Of a stretch of 64,000 nt of DNA, positions 24,601 to 34,700 are shown piece after piece. The stretch lies in assembly GCA_002269645.1 (NCBI GenBank), contig NIVC01001489.1:159801-223800 (forward strand). Direction: 5' to 3'. The position numbers and the translations under genes were made by a program. A model generated the notes under the pieces. The model saw nothing but the letters and a program-made list of their open reading frames with translations, had not been told where the DNA came from and ran no database searches. This DNA is from Macrostomum lignano. Lineage: Eukaryota. Positions within the stretch are counted from its first letter, which is position 1. Every line of letters starts with the position of its first letter.

Positions 24601-25764
24601 AGCGAGCCGACATCTCCAGAGTCTGTCAGCTCTACACGCGCAGCGAAAGCTCCTGAAACTACAACTACAAGTGAGCCAACCCGCTACACAAGGGAGCCGA
24701 CGTCTTCAGAGTCTGTCAGCTCTTCAAGCGCACCGAAAGCTCATGAAACCACAGCTACAAGTGAGCCAACCCGCTACACAAGCGAGCCGACATCTCCAGA
24801 GTCTGTAAGCTCTACAGGCGCACCGGAAGCTCCTGAAACTACAGCTACAAGTGACTTAACCCTCTACACAAGTGATAACCACTACAAAAGCGAGCCGAGG
24901 TCTTCAGAGTCTGTCAGCTCTACAAGCGCAGCGAAAGCTTATGAAACTACAACTACAAGTGAGCCAACCCGCTACACAAGCGAGCCGACATCTCCAGAGT
25001 CTGTCAGCTCTACAAGCACAGCGAAAGCTCCTAAAACTACAACTACAAGTGAGTCAACCCGCTACACAAGCGAGCCGACGTCTCCAGAGTCTGTCAGCTC
25101 TACACGCGCGCCGGAAGCTGCTGAAACTACAACTACAAGTGAGTCAACTCACTACACAAGGGAGCCGACGTCTCTAGAGTCTGTTAGCTCTACACGCGCA
25201 CCGGAAGCTGCTGAAACTACGAGTACAGTTACAAGTGACTCAAACCGCTACACAAGCAAGCCGAGGTCTTCAGAGTCTGTCAGCTCTACACGCGCAGCGA
25301 AAGCTCCTGAAACTACAACTACAAGTGAGTCAACCCGCTACACAAGCGAGCCGACATCTCCAGAGTCTGTCAGCTTTACAAGCGCAGCGAAAGCTCCTGA
25401 AACTACAACTACAAGTGAGTCAACCCGCTACACATGCGAGCCGACGTCTTCAGAGTCTGTCGGCTCTACAAGCGCACCGAAAGCTCATGAAACTACGAGT
25501 ACAGTTACAAATGACTCAACCCGCTACACAAGGGAGCCGAGGTCTTCAGAGTCTGTCAGCTCTACACAGGCACCGGAAGCTCCTGAAACTACGAGTACAG
25601 CTACAAGTGATTCAACCCACTACACAAGCGAGCCGCCATCTCCAGAGTCTGAGAGCAGTGTGAATCCTGATGAAGAAGTCGCTTTGAAGAGCTCCGAGTG
25701 CTTGCTGGCTTTTGAGTTTGCATGCTTTCTTGGAGTCGTCGTGTCGCTTGGATCCATCATCTAA
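17260..25764 (+). CDS. ADAM/reprolysin (M12B)-type metalloprotease-disintegrin with mucin stalk and GPI-signal-like C-terminus, ~1596 aa, 13 exons
   Basis: Exons 17260-17266, 17343-17517, 17985-18309, 18388-18456, 18525-18688, 18815-18902, 18991-19145, 20194-20374 (GC donor), 21033-21260, 21748-21959, 22040-22211, 22288-22471 and 22934-25764 total 4791 nt, with all phases compatible. Features: signal peptide [18 protein letters not shown]; ILELVIVVD; [11 protein letters not shown]; Met-turn CIM; disintegrin [15 protein letters not shown]...CCDAKTC; Cys-rich DVECG...VPDGAKCG; EGF-like; 30-aa S/T/P/E repeats; terminal [21 protein letters not shown]. Confidence 0.9.
17600..17663 (-). repeat. 22-bp minisatellite (x3), reverse complement of the 22.5-kb array unit
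   Basis: ggtagaggactagaggatcacc repeats. Confidence 0.8.
19146..20155 (+). repeat. 47-49-bp intronic minisatellite (~21 copies) starting at the donor of ADAM intron 7
   Basis: Unit gtgagagctgagctggctacaaccgcaccgcactcgatcccacacacta. Confidence 0.95.
21409..21682. repeat. (TCTG)n microsatellite in ADAM intron 9
   Basis: Visible directly. Confidence 0.97.
22476..22815 (+). repeat. 22-bp intronic minisatellite (gtaccggggatcctctagtctt)
   Basis: About 15 units immediately after the exon-12 donor. Confidence 0.92.
22970..25650 (+). repeat. Coding 90-bp tandem repeat (30 aa, [30 protein letters not shown]) forming the mucin stalk
   Basis: The 943-codon ORF 22933..25764 stays open throughout the array. 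Confidence 0.95.
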
Positions 25765-26049
25765 GTATGATTACAAAATACTAAAAACTGAAAACTGTAG
25801 ACATTGAAGAAAGATTGTTTTAATTCAATCTTTTTAAAAAGCTGATATTTTTTATCTGACTTTATTTTTTATTTTTTTAAATTCAAACAAAATAAGACTT
25901 ACTTCATAATCCCAAAAGGTCCTGAACTCAAATGTTTATACTTATTGACTTTCAAAATCACAATTTTTCAAAGCAAGTTAAAGGATACGAAGATTGCGGA
26001 GATGGATATTGGGGATATTTTGCATTTTGGGGATTAGAAAGACAAAGCC

Positions 26050-26520
26050 GACAAGAAACATTTTCTTTTCCAAGTATTTGTGGATACCGATGGCGAATTA
26101 AACAAAAATGTCCCGTGAAGCTCGCAATTGATCTTGCGTGCCAGAACGTGTACAGCGACAACAATACCAATGAACCGCTGTTCGATGCTCGAAAGTTTAA
26201 AAAAACTATTCTAATTGAGCACTAAGGGTATCTTCATGTTTCAAAATAAGTTATATCGTCAAACTGATGGATTTGCAATGGGCAGCTCGCTGGCTCCAAC
26301 GCTAGCTAACTTATGCCTGGCGCACTGGGAGTCTGAGTGGTCAAAGAATAAATCGGCACCACGGATGTACTATCTATATGTCGATGACACGTTCGCCATT
26401 TTTTATTCTCAAACTCATGGTGAGCTTTTGGACATGCTCAACCATTTTAAAATTTTCGATCGCACTGAGCACCATAATAAACTTTCTATATTGGAAGCTT
26501 TGCACATTTAAGACTGCCAA
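26050..26520 (+). mobile_element. Penelope-like element reverse transcriptase remnant (frameshifted)
   Basis: FQNKLYRQTDGFAMGSSLAPTLANLCLAHWE...YYLYVDDTFAIF matches the PLE RT motifs Y.Q..G.AMGS.L.P.LAN and YVDD. Confidence 0.85.
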
Positions 26521-27846
26521 CCCTCTTTTAACAGTAGAAAGACCGAGGGGTGTATTTCAAATACACACTTTTCTTTTGTCTGTATCTCCAAAAATATTCA
26601 ACCAATTGTCATGAAAATCCAGAACACGTGCTAAAATGTTCCGCTCTATTCTATGGAGCAACTTTGAGAATCACGAAAAATCGGCATCGTCGAGATATTC
26701 AACGATTCTCCTGATTCTCCTCGGGGTGTCTGGTGGCAAAAAACCACCAACATTGGCAAAATTTTTCTGCTCACAAAAATCTCATCATGAAACTACGTCG
26801 TCTTAAAAAACTATGCATATCAGTCACAGGGACTTTTGCTCTCAGCATCCCAGGCACCAGGGTCCCCTTCATCACCGTCTGGAGCAGCGGCGGCGACCGT
26901 CGGGACCTTCAACAAAAGCACCCGATCGGCATCTCAGAGACGGCTGCGTTCCCAAAACTGAAGTGGAAGAATCCTCTTCTGCATGCAGCATTCAGTCAGT
27001 AGACATAATCGGTGAATGAAATGGACGATGGCGACCCTCCTAGGCTGACCTGTAGACATACAGACGACCTTCGAGACCTTCAACAGAGTGCCACCACGCG
27101 ACCCCGACAAGCTGACACCGCTAACATCGTGATTTTTCTATCAAGGCACCAAAACCAGGCATGTTTGCATATTATACAATGGTCCTGCACCATGTTCAGC
27201 AAGGTGCGGGAGCCAGCTCGTCAGGGCCTCGTGGTGGCACCCCGTTGAAGATCCCGAAGGTCGTCCAGATGGAGCTGTTAAATCGATTAACTCTTCGAAA
27301 CCAAAAAATAACTAAGTAGGCAAAAATCGGATGCTTGTAGCCTTCAATACCTCTGCGTTCTCGCGCAGGCAAACAAATCAAACAAGTTAGCAAGAACACG
27401 CTTACCAAAAATCACGCCCTTTTTAATTATTATTATTTAACGTGGGGTTGGGGTTAGCAGATTGAGGGGGGTTGGCTCATGTACATTAAATAAAGAGAAA
27501 ATACCTGTACAATTAAATAAGTAAAACCACAAAAATATGACAAAAAATGAACCTCCAGAACAGGAGCTGAATGCTGAATTTCGATCCAAATGGCGGACTT
27601 TTACGAAAATCGGTAATTCGGTTTGCGAGCTATCGTGAAATGGGTCGTGTGTATTTGTAATAGACCCCGTGGTCTTTCTACATGTTTAGCGTTCAAATAG
27701 CAGGGAGAGGCAGCATGCAGTGTGCACTTTAGTTCTATTGACTCCGTAATTTTAATGTTGTTCAATTCTAGCTTTTTGGTACACCATGCTATTGATAAAA
27801 TATATTTTGTCTCTCTTACCCCGTTGGTCTCACAAATATTTTATTC

Positions 27847-27884
27847 TACCTGACGATGCTGTATGTTCAGCGAAACATGTCGTA
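27847..27884 (+). ncRNA. Minimal type I hammerhead ribozyme motif (Penelope-associated type)
   Basis: UAC / CUGACGA / U / GCUG-UAUGUU-CAGC (4-bp stem II) / GAAA / CAU / GUC / GUA. Helix III is the palindrome ACAUGU. Predicted cleavage is after C27881. AATAAA follows at 27887. Confidence 0.7.
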
Positions 27885-28656
27885 CAAATAAAGTTTTAGT
27901 TTTATTCGCCATCGTTATCCACAAATACTCGGAAAAGAAAGGGTTTCTTGTTGGCTTTGTCTATATAATATTATTAAAGAAATGTAGCCTGCCTCAATTC
28001 TACAATACTTTGCATATTGAGGATATTCATATAGGGGATATGCATATTGGGGACATTGGGGATATGCATATTGGGGGCATGCATATTAGGGATGGGGGTA
28101 TGAAGGTTGGGGGTATGTAGTTTTGAAGGTTATGCAGCTAAGTGTCAATGAATACGGGGATTTTTTGCAGATGTTGTAGCCCCTTCTTTTTAGTTGCACC
28201 CCAATACCCGGGATCCGGATGCAGAGCCCTAAACCCTACAGTCCCATCGGGCTTCAACTTCGGCCAATCTGATTATAAAACATTATAAATATACATTGAT
28301 GCTGTTTTATCTTTTAAGCGTCTTGCGAGCTTTGCAGCAGCAAAGTGCTTTATATTGCGGCGGTTGTTGTAAAACCGCAGAGCAACCATAAAGCATTACT
28401 TCGATGCTGCTTCACAGTAATGTATTGGAAAGTTGCACATGTAAATCGAAAGTACAAGATAATAGTAACATGAAAAGCGCATTTAATTAGTATGCTCAGC
28501 AACATTGATAACTCGCCACCCTTTGCTCCAGAAAGCAACTTCTCTCGGACCTCACTTTAAAAGTGTAATATAGCATTTTGCAAGCTAGTAGAGAATGCCA
28601 GCAAGCAATTAAATAATTGATGGCAAAGTCAATGAATTTTCTTATCGTCTATGGCC

Positions 28657-29860
28657 ATTGTTTAGCAATTTGACGATCATTATTCGCATATTTTATGCAG
28701 AACAATCATTACTACAAACATTGTATCACGCTGGCGCGCGTTAGATGCACGATTTACTGTGCGTCTAATGTAGGTGTCTATGGCAATTTTCTATCTGAGT
28801 AAAGGCAACAAGCGTGCGTCTAACGCGTGCGTGTAATGCACGGAAAGTGAGTAGCACCTCTGGAGATTTCCGATCGAAGTAGTCAGACAGCCTCTTCAGA
28901 TCAACAGGCTCGATCGATTGGAAGTGTCGGGCGCGTCCGCCTCGGGCAATGAAGATTCTGCCCATTGACTTCAGTGTCGTATTGGAAGCATAGAATGCGT
29001 CGTCAGTTAGAATATTGATTCGCCTTGTCGACATGAAATGCCGGTAGAGCGCAGCTCGGATACAAATCAACGTGGCTGGAGCAAAGTATTCGCCATTCCT
29101 CTTGCGAAGTGAGCCATAGAAGTATCGCAATAGACTGTCGATCTCGCGCGGTGTAGAAGTCGCCAAATCACGCTGAACTGACGGATGGTTCTCCATGAAG
29201 CTCTGCAACTTACCGACATAATATTCGGTAGCCTTTGTCACACTTGTACTAGCAGCGGTGTCCTGGATTTCGGAAACGAGCTGTTCCAATTCAAGTAGTT
29301 CAGCTTCTTCGTCAGGTATCTTCTTGAAAAGTGCCTCCAGAAGATCCTCCTCTTCTCGATCAATTGCCGACTCCGGTAGATTATCAGGCTCGTTCAGAAT
29401 GTCGTCAATCTCATTGGTGGACAAGCCGGAAATCATTTCGTTTGGAAATTTGCTCAGATTCAGAAGTCTGACTTCAGTTGGTGGCTCAGCCATATTCTCT
29501 CACAAGTGATTTTAATTTAACAGCTTCTTATTCCCTTCTTCGCAACACTCAATCAACTTGCGTGCCTTTCACGCATTTTTGTCTATGGTTAAGACAAATT
29601 AACTGAGCGTGCATCTAACGCGCCATCTAAAGTATTAAGCCAACGTAATACAATGCAACTCATACATCGATTTTTTGTGCTTAAATGGTCTATGGCACTC
29701 GTGCGCTGCGCATCCTACAATGCATTGTCTGTAGGATCGTCAAACAGAAAAACAATGCAAAGAATCAGCGGTCGCAGCACGTGACAACGATTTGTCTATG
29801 CCTACCGGCGCTCGCCAGACAATCGTTGTCACGCACTGGGACCGATTATTAATTATCCAT
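28657..29860 (-). mobile_element. Crypton-like (tyrosine-recombinase) element, truncated; ORF 28765..29493 encodes the N-terminal half
   Basis: TSVTKATEYYVGKLQSF...EIDSLLRYFYGSLRKRNGEYFAPATLICIRAALYRHF...FYASNTTLK resembles the CryptonA/DUF3504-associated N-terminal region (KCTD1/ZMYM-like). The C-terminal catalytic residues were not found. A subterminal hairpin lies at ~29780-29833. Confidence 0.75.
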
Positions 29861-30414
29861 TGACCTTCTCGGTCCCCGGATACGAACCCAGTCGAGCATG
29901 TCTGGAGCACACTGGAGCAACGCTTCTCCTAACCATCAATATAGAAACAAGAACCAAAAAGGATAGATTTAAATCAGCATAACGCACAATTTGGCTTCTG
30001 CCAGATTGTCTCTGGCAAACAATTGTCGCACATTAATTTATTGATACTTGTTTGATTAAGATGATTACAGATATAATCTTACATTTTTATTAACATAAGC
30101 CAAGAACCAAGCCTGCTGCAACAGTTTGCAAAAGTTACCCACGTCAGGGCTGTCACAGAACAGTCCATCTATAATATCAGCACCAAAACAGTTAGCATTT
30201 TTATAACACAACTCAAACGCAAACCGAACAGAGAAGCTGAGAGAGCGAGTAAGTTGCAGTTAAGGACTTTAATTTTGCATGAAAGAGCAACACAACACTA
30301 CTGTAAGCACTAAATAGTCTATGTGGTTATTTGACACTGAGAATTGGTATTTCAACAAAACAGTAACGATAGAGAGACTCGGGTAGTAAGGTAACTCAGC
30401 ATTGGAAGTGCTAG

Positions 30415-30660
30415 TAGTTATGCACCCAATGAAAGGACCGGAAGTGCATGGTTATACACCCAATGAAAGGACCGGAAGTGGTTATACACCCAATGAAAAG
30501 ACCGGAAGTGCATGGTTATACACCCAATGAAAGGACCGGAAGTGGTTATACACCCAATGAAAGGACCGGAAGTGGTTATACACCCAATGAAAGGACCGGA
30601 AGTGGTTATACACCCAATCGAAGGACCGGAAATGGTTTATATTCCAAAGGAACTGAAATG
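30415..30660 (+). repeat. 30-34-bp tandem repeat (ttatacacccaatgaaaggaccggaagtgg)
   Basis: About 7 units, decaying to the right. Confidence 0.9.
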
Positions 30661-31259
30661 GTTAAATACCCGACTAAAGTACCATAGGTAATTAAACATT
30701 TTACTAAGGAACTGAAAGTGACTACGAATATAAGATATATAATTAAACAATTCAACCAGCAAACTTATCGATAAATTGCTTTCAGAAACTGTCATTTCTA
30801 GGGCCTAACAAAAACATAACGAGCAAACCTATCTAAAGTACACAGTACAAATAACAAACGACTTTTTGCGAGAAAACAAGCAAAATATTAATGATAAAAT
30901 AATTGATACGTAAAATTAAACAACAGAATACTTCTGATGTAGCAAAGCAGATCAACATTTATAGTTGGCTAATAGTAAAGGGAAGGCGATTTACAATACA
31001 AAAAAGCAGAAACGCCCATTAAATATGCAACACAGCTAGGATAACTGATCAGCGAGTGCACTGGGATATTCGGTGAGGAAACAAACAACTACAGAAAAAG
31101 CATTGAAAAAGCAGCAATTAGCAGTTATCAAGACATCCGAAGTCTACTAAGACTAATGATGGCGACAGACGGCATAATTATCCTAAGTGAGATTTTGTTA
31201 GCACCGGAATTTTAACTGAAATTATCTGAGTTCTCACTCAGATTATAATGAGCACTTCT

Positions 31260-31580
31260 GAGATCTCACCCGTGAGATAGTAGCACTGAGATCTCACCTA
31301 TGAGACAGTAGCAGTAATATCTCACCTATGAGACAGTAGCAGTGATATCTCACCTATGAGACAGTAGCACTGAGATCTCACCTATGAGACAGTAGCAGTG
31401 ATATCTCACCTATGAGACAGTAGCACTGAGATCTCACCTATGAGACAGTAGCAGTGATATCTCACCTATGAGACAGTAGCACTGAGATCTCACCTATGAG
31501 ACAGTAGCAGTGATATCTCACCTATGAGACAGTAGCACTGAGATCTCACCTATGAGACAGTAGATCTAAGATCTCACCTA
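31260..31580 (+). repeat. 28-bp tandem repeat with two alternating variants (gagatctcacctatgagacagtagcact / gatatc...agcagt)
   Basis: About 11 units. Confidence 0.92.
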
Positions 31581-31781
31581 TTAGACGTATCACCAACGTC
31601 TAATAGAGAAGCCACCTTACCTGAGACAGTCAAGCCTTGTCTCGCACATTACTTCAGTAAGGGCCATCGATTTTAACTAGTGTGGACAGGACCTCAACAA
31701 AGAAATGCATCAAAATGTAATAAAAAGATTTGATGATGCAGAGGTGACGCAATCAGTCTGTGGGTGCTACACCAGCCCAGC

Positions 31782-34700
31782 TCAGTGCTGCATTGGCTCA
31801 CCTCGAGCTCCGCCTCGTCTCTCGGCGTCCCGTTCGGCTTTCCAAGCGGCAATTCGATTGCGAAGCTCGGGCAGCTCTTTCAGATCGGACTCGGACATGG
31901 GCATCTTTGAGTAGGGATTGGTGGCCGAGTTCAACAGGTGGCGCCTGATGGTGGCTCGGTCCAAAATCTGAAAGTTTAGGAAGGGGGAGACAGCAGGGGG
32001 TCAGGCTGCGGCAGACAGTTGAAGAGGATCTGGCAAAGCAACTGAGAAGGCTGGCCTAGCAACTGAGGATCTGGGAGGCTGGCCTAGAAACTGAGGATCT
32101 GGGAGAGTGGCCTAGCAACTGAGAAGGCTGGCCTAGCAACTGAGGATCTGGGAGGCTGGCCCAGCAACTGACACTCTTGGAGGCTGGCCCAGCAACTGAC
32201 ACTCTGGGAGGCTGGCCCAGCAACTGAGGATCTGGGAGGCTGGCCTAGCAACTGACACACTTGGAGGCTGGCCTAGCAACTGAGGATCTGGGAGGCTGGC
32301 CCAGCAACTGAGGATCTGGAAGGCTGGCCCAGTAACTGAGGATCTGGGAGGGTGGCCTTAGCAACAGAGGACCTGGGAGGGTGGCCTAGCAACTGACACT
32401 CTGGGAGGCTGGCCCAGAAACTGAGGATCTGGGAGGCTGGACCAGAAACTGAGGATCTGGGAGGCTGGCCCAGCAACTGACACTCTGGGAGGCTGGCCCA
32501 GAAACTGAGGATCTGGGAGGCTGGACCAGAAACTGAGGATCTGGGAGGCTGGCCCAGCAACTGACACTCTGGGAGGCTGGCCTAGAAACTGAGGATCTGG
32601 GAGAGTGGCCTAGCAACTGAGAAGGCTGGCCTAGCAACTGAGGATCTGGGAGGGTGGCCTAGCAACTGAGAATCTGGGACGCTGGCCCAGCAACTGAGGA
32701 TCTGGGAGGCTGGCCCAGCAACTGAGGATCTGGGAGGCTGGCCCAGCAACTGAGGATCTGGGAGGCTGGCCCAGCAACTGAGGATCTGGGAGGCTGGCCC
32801 AGTAACTGAGGATCTGGGAGGCTGGCCTATCAACTGAGAATCTGGGACGCTGGCCCAGCAACTGAGGATCTGGGAGGCTGGCCCAGCAACTGAGGATCTG
32901 GGAGGGTGGCCTTAGCAACAGAGGATCTGGGAGGGTGGCCTAGCAACTGACACTCTGGGAGGCTGGCCCAGAAACTGAGGATCTGGGAGGCTGGCCTATC
33001 AACTGAGAATCTGGGACGCTGGCCCAGCAACTGAGGATCTGGGAGGCTGGCCCAGCAGCTGAGGATCTGGGAGGCTGGCCCAGCAGCTGAGGATCTGGGA
33101 GGCTGGCCCAGCAACTGAGGATCTGGGAGGGTGGCCTATCAACTGAGAATCTGGGAGGCTGGCCCAGCAACTGAGGATCTGGGAGGCTGGCCCAGCAACT
33201 GAGGATCTGGGAGGCTGGCCCAGTAACTGAGGATCTGGGAGGGTGGCCTTAGCAACAGAGGACCTGGGAGGGTGGCCTAGCAACTGACACTCTGGGAGGC
33301 TGGCCCAGAAACTGAGGATCTGGGAGGCTGGCCCAGAAACTGAGGATCTGGGAGGCTGGCCCAGCAACTGAGGATCTGGGAGGGTGGCCTATCAACTGAG
33401 AATCTGGGACGCTGGCCCAGCAACTGAGGATCTGGGAGGCTGGTCCAGCAACTGAGGATCTGGGAGGCTGGACCAGAAACTGAGGATCTGGGAGGCTGGC
33501 CCAGCAACTGACACTCTGGGAGGCTGGCCCAGAAACTGAGGATCTGGGAGGCTGGACCAGAAACTGAGGATCTGGGAGGCTGGCCCAGCAACTGACACTC
33601 TGGGAGGCTGGCCTAGAAACTGAGGATCTGGGAGAGTGGCCTAGCAACTGAGAAGGCTGGCCTAGCAACTGAGGATCTGGGAGGGTGGCCTAGCAACTGA
33701 GAATCTGGGACGCTGGCCCAGCAACTGAGGATCTGGGAGGCTGGCCCAGCAACTGAGGATCTGGGAGGCTGGCCCAGCAACTGAGGATCTGGGAGGCTGG
33801 CCCAGCAACTGAGGATCTGGGAGGCTGGCCCAGTAACTGAGGATCTGGGAGGCTGGCCTATCAACTGAGAATCTGGGACGCTGGCCCAGCAACTGAGGAT
33901 CTGGGAGGCTGGCCCAGCAACTGAGGATCTGGGAGGGTGGCCTTAGCAACAGAGGATCTGGGAGGGTGGCCTAGCAACTGACACTCTGGAGGCTGGCCCA
34001 GAAACTGAGGATCTGGGAGGCTGGCCTATCAACTGAGAATCTGGGACGCTGGCCCAGCAACTGAGGATCTGGGAGGCTGGCCCAGCAGCTGAGGATCTGG
34101 GAGGCTGGCCCAGCAGCTGAGGATCTGGGAGGCTGGCCCAGCAACTGAGGATCTGGGAGGGTGGCCTATCAACTGAGAATCTGGGAGGCTGGCCCAGCAA
34201 CTGAGGATCTGGGAGGCTGGCCCAGCAACTGAGGATCTGGGAGGCTGGCCCAGTAACTGAGGATCTGGGAGGGTGGCCTTAGCAACAGAGGACCTGGGAG
34301 GGTGGCCTAGCAACTGACACTCTGGGAGGCTGGCCCAGAAACTGAGGATCTGGGAGGCTGGCCCAGAAACTGAGGATCTGGGAGGCTGGCCCAGCAACTG
34401 AGGATCTGGGAGGGTGGCCTATCAACTGAGAATCTGGGACGCTGGCCCAGCAACTGAGGATCTGGGAGGCTGGTCCAGCAACTGAGGATCTGGGAGGCTG
34501 GCCCAGCAACTGAGGATCTGGGAGGCTGGCCTAGCAACTGAGGATCTGGGAGGGTGGCCTTAGCAACAGAGGACCTGAGAGGCTGGCACAGCTATTGACA
34601 GGCAGACATGCAGACAACACGCACCTGTCCAGTGGGCAGCTCCACAGGGTCGGACATGAGAGTGAACATCATCTCGTCCATGAACTCGTCCGGCGCATTG

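Noticed and set aside
26800-27120. Further foldback-family arm
   Set aside because: Only short gaccttcaaca matches are present, which is insufficient similarity by eye.
32273-34537. Many Pro/Ser/Gln-rich minus-strand ORFs
   Set aside because: These are translations of the 28-bp intronic satellite.
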